Positions 19,812-27,691 of a stretch of 52,244 nt of DNA are shown in pieces. Both the position numbers and the translations under genes were made by a program. Source of the stretch: an uncultured Bacilli bacterium. Lineage in GTDB: Bacteria > Bacillota_I > Bacilli_A > RF39 > UBA660. Location: the NCBI GenBank assembly GCA_944332005.1, contig CALVJD010000027.1, positions 1 through 52,244 on the forward strand, given 5' to 3'. The notes under the pieces were generated by a model, which was given only the letters and a program-made list of their open reading frames with translations, was not told the DNA's origin and ran no database searches. How positions within the stretch are numbered: the stretch's first letter is position 1; each line of letters opens with the position of its first letter.

Positions 19812-20189
19812 ATGAGAAGTGGAACAAAACATTTACGCATTGTTAGTAGCTTAGGAATCATATTAGGAGTCGCATCCATTTTACTTGCTTATTTTCTAAT
19901 TGGCGATGCTGATATTGCAGAAACAGAGCTTTCGGCATAGGAAGCTTTTTATCAATTACTTGCTTTTTATGGCGTTTCGCTTTTCCAAGTATTGTCAGAA
20001 GTGATTGGCTTATGTTTATCTAATAAAAAATCAATCTTTACCATTATACTTGGAATTTGCCTATTCTTACCACCATTGTTACATTTTATGCATTTAGAAC
20101 ATAATATTGGTCTTATTTTAGTCAATATTTTAACTTTATTAATACCATATTATTACTTACATAATGCATATAAAAATTATAAAGATTAA
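19812..20189 (+). pseudogene. small four-TM membrane protein gene interrupted by one in-frame TAG
   Basis: The ATG at 19812 has an AGAGGA RBS. An in-frame TAG lies at 19938-19940, and the frame then stays open to 20189. The downstream track ORF (TTG at 19992) has no RBS of its own. Confidence 0.45.
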
Positions 20190-20213
20190 CATCTGGAAAT
20201 CAGATGTTTTTTT
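20188..20213 (+). terminator. intrinsic terminator
   Basis: AACATCTG / CAGATGTT stem followed by T7. Confidence 0.7.
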
Positions 20214-20214
20214 A

Positions 20215-20243
20215 TTTACAAAAGATTGAAAAGTCAGTATAAT
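20215..20243 (+). promoter_or_regulatory. sigma-A type promoter of the HerA-like gene
   Basis: TTTACA (20215-20220), a 17-nt spacer, TATAAT (20238-20243). Confidence 0.5.
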
Positions 20244-20267
20244 GATTATAGAATAGGAGATGTAAAT

Positions 20268-22040
20268 ATGTTAGGAACCATTATTGGAATTGAAGAAAAT
20301 GTGATCTTAATACGTTTAAATATCGAACTTGATAAATATCAAAGTTTAATCAATCTTCATGTCTTGATGGAAGATAGTACACATAAAATCGTAGGGGAAA
20401 TTACTGACATCAAAGAAGGAGTTGCATATGTCAATATGTTAGGAGAACTTCAAAATAATCAGTTTGTATTTGGAGTTATTCGTAAACCATCGTTTGGAGC
20501 TACCGTTAAATTAATTTCCAAAGAAAGAATTCCTCTTATTATTGGTGTTGATAATTACCGAGAGAATAAAGATCTTTATTTAGGCACAAGTCCTATATAC
20601 GATGGTGTGAAAATTGGTATCAATATCAATCAATTTTTCAGCAATCACTTTGCTATTTTCGGATCTACCGGTAGTGGTAAATCTTGGAGTATCGCACGTA
20701 TTATTCAAAATTTATTTGAAAAACAAAGATCGGTTGCCTATCGTGCAAGCATTTTAATCTTTGATGCTTATGGCGAATATCACAATGCCTTTAATAAATT
20801 ACACGATCTGATTCCTGAAATTAATTTTAAAACTTATACTACGAACACCCATTTCAGTGAAACCGAAGTTTTAAAAATTCCATTATGGTTACTAAGTTTA
20901 GATGACATTGCCTTACTCTTGGGAGCTGAAAAAGCATCCCAGCTACCAATTATTGAAAAAGCTATGAAATTAGTGACTATTTTTGCACGTGAAGAAGAAC
21001 TTGTCATCAAACATAAAAATGATATTATTGCTCGAGCTTTATTGGATATTTTAAGTAGTGGACGACCACCAGCTCAAATTCGCGATCAAATCTTCTCTGT
21101 TTTATCGTATTATAATACGAAAGAATTAAATTTAGAGACGCCAATTTTCCAACCTGGATATACGAGACCATTAAAACAATGCTTACAAATCGATCAAACT
21201 GGTAAAATTCGCGAAATGGAATTAATTACCACCTTTATCGAATCATTTTTAGCAGAAGATTTAGAGCTTACCATGCCAGATGGAACCTTTGCCTATACTT
21301 TAAAAGACTTATCTGATGCCTTCGATTTTGCACTTATCTCAGAAGGTGTTTTAAAAAGTGATAAAGTATATGATGAAGCGAACATTTTAAAAGTTCGACT
21401 TCACTCCTTGCTGAATAGTGAAACGAGTGTTTATTTTAGTTATCCAGAATATGTAACAAGAGAACAATATATTCGCGGATTATTAACCGCTCATGATGGA
21501 AAAAAAGCTCAAATTATCAATTTTAATATCAACTTTGTCGATGATCGTTTGGCAAAAACAATTACGAAAATTTATTCGAAACTTCTATTTGATTATGCTA
21601 AAGATCTTGATAAGCGTGCTTCTTTACCATTTCATATTATTTTGGAAGAAGCCCATCGTTATGTCCAAAACGATAATGATATTAACTTATTAGGATATAA
21701 CATATTTGAACGTATAACAAAAGAAGGACGTAAATATGGCGTTATCCTTGGACTTATTTCACAAAGACCAAGTGAATTATCAGAGACATCACTCTCACAA
21801 TGTACCAACTTTTTAATTTTTAAAATGTTACATCCACGAGATGTTTCTTACATTAAAGAAATGGTTCCAAATATCACAAATGAAATTGTCAAACGTCTTC
21901 GTATCTTACAACCAGGAACTTGTATTGCCTTTGGATCGGCTTTTAAAGTTCCAGTTGTTGTTAAATTGGATGTTCCTAATCCAGCACCAGAAAGTAGCAG
22001 TTGTGATATCAGTGGTACATTGTTTGTCGAAAGAAAATAG
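20268..22040 (+). CDS. HerA/FtsK-superfamily ATPase (DUF87-like) with an N-terminal HAS-barrel-like region
   Basis: Walker A FGSTGSGKSW and Walker B-like FHIILEEAHRY, with ISQRPSELS downstream. The ATG at 20268 follows AGGAGA. Confidence 0.75.
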   Translation: MLGTIIGIEENVILIRLNIELDKYQSLINLHVLMEDSTHKIVGEITDIKEGVAYVNMLGELQNNQFVFGVIRKPSFGATVKLISKERIPLIIGVDNYRENKDLYLGTSPIYDGVKIGININQFFSNHFAIFGSTGSGKSWSIARIIQNLFEKQRSVAYRASILIFDAYGEYHNAFNKLHDLIPEINFKTYTTNTHFSETEVLKIPLWLLSLDDIALLLGAEKASQLPIIEKAMKLVTIFAREEELVIKHKNDIIARALLDILSSGRPPAQIRDQIFSVLSYYNTKELNLETPIFQPGYTRPLKQCLQIDQTGKIREMELITTFIESFLAEDLELTMPDGTFAYTLKDLSDAFDFALISEGVLKSDKVYDEANILKVRLHSLLNSETSVYFSYPEYVTREQYIRGLLTAHDGKKAQIINFNINFVDDRLAKTITKIYSKLLFDYAKDLDKRASLPFHIILEEAHRYVQNDNDINLLGYNIFERITKEGRKYGVILGLISQRPSELSETSLSQCTNFLIFKMLHPRDVSYIKEMVPNITNEIVKRLRILQPGTCIAFGSAFKVPVVVKLDVPNPAPESSSCDISGTLFVERK

Positions 22041-22191
22041 CTGGATGAAAACTACTAGTTCTAAAACCAGTAATTGACAAAATAATCGCCTTTTGATAAA
22101 GTAAAAACAGAAAACAAAATAGTAATATAGTGTGCAAAGTGAATACAGATCAATGAAAAAGCAATCGTTTTTTTGTTAACTATATGCACAC

Positions 22192-22202
22192 GGGGGGGGG
22201 GG
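22192..22202 (+). repeat. G11 homopolymer in the 5' leader
   Basis: Read directly from the sequence: c + 11 g + tatttata + cccctc + ttttt. Confidence 0.95.
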
Positions 22203-22240
22203 TATTTATACCCCTCTTTTTGTGCTGAAAGGATGATAGG

Positions 22241-23641
22241 ATGAAAAGTAACGTAAAGCAACTAACGTCGTTTGTATTGGGCGGATTACTCATGGCTTCT
22301 GTTAGTGTTTATGAGGTCACAACACTATATGAAGCAAAGGAAGTAGGATATGATAATAGTAGTAGTGGGACGAGTCATATCGATGTTCAAGGAGCATTAG
22401 ATGAACTCTACGAATTATCGGAAAGTGCAGGAAGCATTACCGGTAATTGTAACAATGTAGCAAAGCCCAATCTAGGTACTGATTTGATTCCTGTCACAAT
22501 ATCCGATGATGGAACCGTAACCTATGCAGATACTACTCAGGCATGGTATAACTATTGTGAAAAAGAGTGGGCGAATGCGGTTCATTTAATCGATCATCCA
22601 AGTAAAGAATACAAGGTAGGAGATATCATTTTAGAAAGTGACATTCGTTCCTACTTTGTCTGGATACCGAAATATAAATATCGACTCTGGAATGTAAATG
22701 GAACAGATACTGTAATGCTCGCTCATTCGATTGATATTATTTTTGATACGAATAATACGACAGATATCGAAGGAGAAAGTTGTGTTACTCCAATGTTAAG
22801 TGGAGAAACAGGAAACTGCAATAATGGCGAATACATGACGCATCCTGCATTCATTAGTATGAACGTTGATGGATTCTGGGTAGGGAAGTTTGAGTCAACA
22901 GGAAGTATTTCTAATATCACTGTAAAACCGAATCAATCATCGATTCGAAGTCAAACGGTTTATAATATGTTTGTGAATGCTTATAACTATTCAAGAGAGA
23001 ATGATTCGCATATGATGAAGAATACGGAGTGGGGAGCGGTTGCTTATTTAAGTCATTCTATTTATGGAATCAATGGGGAAATCAATATCAATAACAACAA
23101 CTCTTTTATAACCGGAAGTAGTAGCTTACTTACCATTCAGCAAGGAAGGCATCCTGGTACTTATGGAAACGGAAGTGCTTATAATCAAGCATATAATACG
23201 GAGATAGGGTATTTAGCTAGTACGACGGGGAATATCACAGGAGTATATGATATGTCAGGAGGGACGCATGAATATATGGCATCTTATGTATCTGGAAATT
23301 ATGGAAGTAGTGGGTTTAATGGAACGAATATCCAAACTTATGATTCAAAATATTTTGATGTTTATTTAAGCAATAGTACTCAAACGACTTACCAAAATCG
23401 TATTTTGGGAGATGCGACAGGAGAGATGGGACCATTTGTGACCTTTGCCGATAGTGACGGTGGATCAAGACCGCATAATCAGTGGTATTCCGACCATTCT
23501 CGGTTTGTGGACTCGTCCGCTCCCTGGTTCAATCGAGGCGGCGGTCACTACGATGGTGTTCTCGCAGGTCAGTTCCACTTCGGTCGCTACACTGGGACGT
23601 CTTACAGCGACGCTTCGTTCCGCCTCGTGCTTGCGGCTTAA
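22241..23641 (+). CDS. secreted or membrane-anchored protein with a lectin/FGE-sulfatase-fold-like region and a compositionally aberrant C-terminus
   Basis: N-terminal hydrophobic signal or anchor. A tail-fibre-like motif (YDNSSSGTSHIDVQGALDELY) is present. FWVGKFE, NTEWGAVAY and the C-terminal RGGG...SFRLVLAA resemble FGE/C-type-lectin-fold proteins. Confidence 0.6.
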   Translation: MKSNVKQLTSFVLGGLLMASVSVYEVTTLYEAKEVGYDNSSSGTSHIDVQGALDELYELSESAGSITGNCNNVAKPNLGTDLIPVTISDDGTVTYADTTQAWYNYCEKEWANAVHLIDHPSKEYKVGDIILESDIRSYFVWIPKYKYRLWNVNGTDTVMLAHSIDIIFDTNNTTDIEGESCVTPMLSGETGNCNNGEYMTHPAFISMNVDGFWVGKFESTGSISNITVKPNQSSIRSQTVYNMFVNAYNYSRENDSHMMKNTEWGAVAYLSHSIYGINGEININNNNSFITGSSSLLTIQQGRHPGTYGNGSAYNQAYNTEIGYLASTTGNITGVYDMSGGTHEYMASYVSGNYGSSGFNGTNIQTYDSKYFDVYLSNSTQTTYQNRILGDATGEMGPFVTFADSDGGSRPHNQWYSDHSRFVDSSAPWFNRGGGHYDGVLAGQFHFGRYTGTSYSDASFRLVLAA

Positions 23642-23657
23642 CGATTAATTACAACTA

Positions 23658-23688
23658 AAAATGGATTCTTATTTTTAGAATCCATTTT
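23658..23688. terminator. bidirectional terminator hairpin between convergent genes
   Basis: Perfect 12-bp stem AAAATGGATTCT / AGAATCCATTTT with a 7-nt loop, flanked by A/T runs. Confidence 0.75.
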
Positions 23689-23700
23689 ATTGTTTTATTT

Positions 23701-24042
23701 TTACATTACATGGTAATTTGCATCTGCATATTGATTGTTGGCAAAACTGGTTGTTTTATTGTTGACCATATTTTCAAGGCGACTAACTCTGCGGTCTAAG
23801 TTTTGAATTTGTTGCTCCATTCTATTTATTTTTTCTTGTGTATTATCATTTCCATTACCTCCACAACCATATCCATTTGTTTGCCCTATCGGCATTGGTG
23901 CTGGCATTGGTTGTGGATAAGGTGCCATATAACCGTTTTGCATTGGCATAGCCCCACTTGTCATAACAGGACCAGGTCCCATTCCCGGATAAGTTGGATA
24001 AACAGGGTATGGCGTTGTGCCACAATTGCGATCTTTTTTCAT
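23701..24042 (-). CDS. Pro/Met/Gly/Tyr-rich small protein with a C-terminal coiled coil (possibly spore-coat-like)
   Basis: The N-terminal half is low-complexity (PYPVYPTYPGMGPGP...PYPQPMPAPMP). A heptad-like region (EKINRMEQQIQNLDRRVSRLENM) follows. Confidence 0.55.
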   Translation of the reverse strand: MKKDRNCGTTPYPVYPTYPGMGPGPVMTSGAMPMQNGYMAPYPQPMPAPMPIGQTNGYGCGGNGNDNTQEKINRMEQQIQNLDRRVSRLENMVNNKTTSFANNQYADANYHVM

Positions 24043-24165
24043 ACTTACACACTCCTTACATTTCTAATTCATTATATGCGTTCGTTTAGTTTGCGTGACA
24101 TTTTATAAAGGTTTTTTTAGTTGTGATAAAAGAATGGGTATGGTATAATCTATAAAGGTGGTAAT

Positions 24166-24804
24166 ATGAGGTTGAAGAATGTTAAGGGTGCAAAAGAAAA
24201 AATTGAATCATCATCTTATCTACTTTTAAACCCAGAAGAATATAAAGGACATTTTCATGATGTTTTTCAAAATGAGCATCCTCTTCATATCGAAATTGGA
24301 ATGGGAAAAGGAAATTTCATCATTGAAAATGCCAAAAGATATCCAGAAATTAATTTTATTGGAATTGAAAAATTTGATAGTGTCATTGTGAGAGCGATTG
24401 ATAAATTGCAAGATATCGATCTTCCTAATCTTCGTTTAATTCGTATGGATGCTTCCTATATCGAGAATGTCTTCGATCATGAGGTTGATACGATTTATCT
24501 TAATTTTTCTGATCCTTGGCCTAAGAATCGTCATGAAGAAAGAAGACTTACAAGTACCCCTTTTTTAACAAGATACGATTCTCTTTTTCGAGGAGATTAT
24601 CAAATTAAGATGAAGACAGATAATCGTAAATTATTTGAATATTCTTTAATTTCATTTACCAATTATGGTTATGAACTAAGTAAGTTATCTTTGAATTTAT
24701 ACGAAGACGAACTGATAAAAGATAATATTGCGACGGAATATGAAAGTAAATTTGTGTCGCTTGGGAACCCCATTTACTTTGTCGAAGTAACCAAGAAAAA
24801 GTAG
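24166..24804 (+). CDS. trmB: tRNA (guanine46-N7)-methyltransferase
   Basis: Full-length TrmB-like sequence (EIGMGKG...FSDPWPK...). Confidence 0.9.
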   Translation: MRLKNVKGAKEKIESSSYLLLNPEEYKGHFHDVFQNEHPLHIEIGMGKGNFIIENAKRYPEINFIGIEKFDSVIVRAIDKLQDIDLPNLRLIRMDASYIENVFDHEVDTIYLNFSDPWPKNRHEERRLTSTPFLTRYDSLFRGDYQIKMKTDNRKLFEYSLISFTNYGYELSKLSLNLYEDELIKDNIATEYESKFVSLGNPIYFVEVTKKK

Positions 24805-24884
24805 ACATTTGATGTACAAAAGATCGGAAAAAATCTATCCAAGAATGGAAAAATCTGTTATACTTATAGTAAGAGTGGTGAAAT

Positions 24885-25511
24885 ATGAAAAAGATCATAA
24901 TTCTTTTCTTAGTAACGCTTCTTTTAACCGGATGTACAATGGTGCGAATCGACACGAACAGTATCGATAATACGGTGAATGTTGTTTTATCAAAGGATAA
25001 TGAATTATATAATCGTGTTGGGAAGGGATATAAGTACTATGTTCCACGTGGCGTAACTTATATCGATACCAACGATTTGAATGAAAAACTTTATTCGGAT
25101 GGTAATTACTATTATCTATATATTGATGCGGTTAGTTATTATCATCAAAGAGAAGTTGAATATGAGGTGAATCCGGATGCTTATTATTCAAGAGCCATCA
25201 GCATTCACGATAAAGATGGTTATTTGGAAATTAATATCGATGAAGATACAGGATACTATTTTATAGAATTTATGTATAATTATGCGAAAATTGAAGCATT
25301 AGTAAATAAAGATGATATTGAATTAGTCGTTTTAAATGCTTCCTATATTTTATCGACAGTCAAATTTAATAATAATGTGATTAAATTGATGTTGAATGAT
25401 GATTATTTTGTCAATCAGGAAGAAAAATATGACATCTTTGCTTCTAAGAAAGATACAAGTAATAATTTCTTAAAAGTAGTGGATGATAGTACTCCAACTG
25501 GAGAAGAATAA
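24885..25511 (+). CDS. lipoprotein, function unknown
   Basis: Signal peptide with lipobox LLTGC. Confidence 0.7.
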   Translation: MKKIIILFLVTLLLTGCTMVRIDTNSIDNTVNVVLSKDNELYNRVGKGYKYYVPRGVTYIDTNDLNEKLYSDGNYYYLYIDAVSYYHQREVEYEVNPDAYYSRAISIHDKDGYLEINIDEDTGYYFIEFMYNYAKIEALVNKDDIELVVLNASYILSTVKFNNNVIKLMLNDDYFVNQEEKYDIFASKKDTSNNFLKVVDDSTPTGEE

Positions 25512-25528
25512 AATTAGAGGTGGTAAAT

Positions 25529-26419
25529 ATGGGTTTTATGGATAAAATCAAGAATTTATTTACAGAAGAAGTGGAAGTCGAAGAGACTCCTATTAAAAAG
25601 GAAGTGATGCAAGTAGAAATACCGGCACCATCTCCAAGAGAAGAGGTAAAAACGAGGGATATTACGGAGAATGAAACGCTTAGAAGAGAGGAAAAACTTC
25701 GAACTCCTGTCTTCTTTGATGATAAAGATTTTGTCAATTTAGAACAACCGAAACCTGTGGAAAAACCAAAACCAAAGGTTGCTCCTGCACCGGTTCCTAA
25801 GAAAGAAACTTATATGGGTGGAAAAAAAGAAGAGAAAAAGAAATTCGCACCAAGCCCGATTATTTCACCAGTGTATGGAGTTCTCGATAAAAATTATCAT
25901 AAAGAAGATATTTCTAGTAAGGGAACAAGTGTTACAAGAACTCCAACATCACGAGTACTTACTGTTGATGATGTCCGTAAAAAAGCGTATGGGACGTTAG
26001 AGGATGATTTGGAAAATACGATGTTTAATAATTCGATCTTGTTTAATGATGAGACAGAAGTAGAAGAAATAGAAGCATTGGAAGAAGAACCAATTATGAA
26101 AGAAAAAGATATCTTTGACGAATTAGATATGGTCGATCATGAAACAATCGAGGTAAAGACAGAAGAACCAAAGACACGAGTTGAAAAAAATGCCAAAATC
26201 GATGAATTATCTGGTTTAGAATTGGATGTAACGGATGAAGGAGATCTACTTGATGAGGACTTTTCAGTAGAACCATCTGAACCTCAAAAAGAAGAAGAGG
26301 AAAATATGGTTGCTGAAGAATTAAATAAATTGGAGGATTCCAAAGAAGAGTTAGATTTAAAAGAAAGTGATCTTTTTCAGTTAATTGATTCCATGTATGA
26401 AAAGAGGGATGATGAATAA
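25529..26419 (+). CDS. acidic, low-complexity (probably disordered) protein with an N-terminal amphipathic segment
   Basis: It starts MGFMDKIKNLF and continues with long Glu/Lys/Pro-rich sequence. No family recognised. Confidence 0.5.
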   Translation: MGFMDKIKNLFTEEVEVEETPIKKEVMQVEIPAPSPREEVKTRDITENETLRREEKLRTPVFFDDKDFVNLEQPKPVEKPKPKVAPAPVPKKETYMGGKKEEKKKFAPSPIISPVYGVLDKNYHKEDISSKGTSVTRTPTSRVLTVDDVRKKAYGTLEDDLENTMFNNSILFNDETEVEEIEALEEEPIMKEKDIFDELDMVDHETIEVKTEEPKTRVEKNAKIDELSGLELDVTDEGDLLDEDFSVEPSEPQKEEEENMVAEELNKLEDSKEELDLKESDLFQLIDSMYEKRDDE

Positions 26420-26709
26420 TGGTCGATATGACAGCGTTTGCTATTATTGTCGTATGTATTTTAGGCTGTATTCTCTTAGTAGTACTGACGATTTTTGTAT
26501 TACGACTTATGAAAACTTTAAAGAAAGTCGATTACTTAATCGATGATGTTAGCAATAAGTCAGCTAAATTAGATGGTGTTTTTAACATCGTCGATCGTTC
26601 AGCTGATGCCCTTACCCTTATGACTGATCGAGCAGTTGCTTTTATCAGTAATACTGTTTTAGGCTTTTTCAATAAAAAAGAAAGAAAAGAGGAAGATGAA
26701 AATGAGTAA
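26419..26709 (+). CDS. DUF948-like membrane protein
   Basis: N-terminal TM segment followed by a helical domain. It is paired with a YtxH-like gene, as in many Firmicutes. Confidence 0.6.
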   Translation: MVDMTAFAIIVVCILGCILLVVLTIFVLRLMKTLKKVDYLIDDVSNKSAKLDGVFNIVDRSADALTLMTDRAVAFISNTVLGFFNKKERKEEDENE

Positions 26710-27148
26710 AAATGGAAAGAAAAGTAGTGGATTTGGAAAATTTTTGGCAGGAGCTGCAATCGGAGCTGGATTAGGAGTTCTATTTGCTCCTAAATCAGGA
26801 AAAGATACAAGAAGAGAATTAAAGGAAAAAATCGATGAAATGATTGCTAAAATTAAAGATATCGATGCTGAAGAAGTAAAAGAAGAATTTGAAATTAAAC
26901 TTTATCAATTGAAATCTGAAATCGAAGAATTAGATAAAGAAAAAGTTGTAAAAATTGCTAAGAAAAAAGCACAACAAATTCAAGATATGGCGGAAGAACT
27001 TGTCGATTATGCAGTTGAAAAAGGAACGCCAGTATTAGAAAAAGCAGCTAATTCTATTCGTGAGAAAGCTATCGTAGCTACAAAAGAAGTGTTAGCTAAA
27101 TTAGAAGCTTCTGATCAGAACGCAAAAAGTGGGAAAGAAGAGAAATAA
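26702..27148 (+). CDS. YtxH-domain protein
   Basis: GKFLAGAAIGAGLGVLFAPKSGKDTRRELKEK is the YtxH signature. The ATG at 26702 has better SD spacing than the one at 26696. Confidence 0.7.
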   Translation: MSKNGKKSSGFGKFLAGAAIGAGLGVLFAPKSGKDTRRELKEKIDEMIAKIKDIDAEEVKEEFEIKLYQLKSEIEELDKEKVVKIAKKKAQQIQDMAEELVDYAVEKGTPVLEKAANSIREKAIVATKEVLAKLEASDQNAKSGKEEK

Positions 27149-27162
27149 TCTTTTCTTGTATG

Positions 27163-27190
27163 GAGGGTATGATAAGACCCTCTTTTTTTG
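27163..27190 (+). terminator. intrinsic terminator
   Basis: GAGGGT / ACCCTC stem followed by T7. Confidence 0.75.
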
Positions 27191-27394
27191 TTGAAAAGAG
27201 ATTCCATTAAGAATAAGCACTTTGGTATCAGTATTATGTGGAATGATAAATTTTTAATGTTTGATCATATTATCGTTATTAAAATGGGATAATTTCTCAT
27301 TTTTTTTTGCTTCTTTTAACGAAAAGAAATGAAGATATGCTATAATATTAATGTTTAGGTTTATCCTAATATTTTGTTTTAGGAAGGTGAAACA

Positions 27395-27691
27395 ATGGAA
27401 AAACTAAGTGAAAAACAAGTGGATCATGTTGCCAATTTAGCAAGATTAGCAATTAGTCCTGAAGAAAAAGAAAAGTATGGTGTACAACTTGCTTCCATTT
27501 TAACGGAAATTGATAAAATCAATAAAGTGAATATCGATGAGAATGGAGAAATTTTAATTGCACCAACGAATAATCAAAATAAGTTTTGTGAAGATGAAGT
27601 TGGAGATATGCTTACGAAAGATGAAATATTTAAAAATGCCAAACACGTAGTTGATGGATACGTGGTGGTTCCAAAGGTGTTAAATGACTAA
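27395..27691 (+). CDS. gatC: Asp/Glu-tRNA amidotransferase subunit C
   Basis: Conserved GatC sequence and gatCAB gene order. Confidence 0.9.
   Translation: MEKLSEKQVDHVANLARLAISPEEKEKYGVQLASILTEIDKINKVNIDENGEILIAPTNNQNKFCEDEVGDMLTKDEIFKNAKHVVDGYVVVPKVLND

Noticed and set aside
20268-22040. Calling the HerA-like ATPase a Sir2-HerA or DUF4297-HerA anti-phage system
   Set aside because: No Sir2, DUF4297, NurA or other effector-like ORF lies next to it. It is reported only as an orphan ATPase.
22041-22240. A known riboswitch class (c-di-GMP I/II, c-di-AMP/ydaO, preQ1) in the leader of the lectin-like gene
   Set aside because: I could not recognise the conserved cores of these classes by eye. 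Only a generic inverted repeat and the G-tract hairpin are present.
22241-24100. A complete DGR cassette (RT, Avd, TR) adjacent to the putative VR
   Set aside because: No RT-like ORF is present. The distinctive GC-rich strings (for example cgaggcggcggtcac) occur only once in the window. The VR idea therefore remains unconfirmed and depends on elements outside the window.
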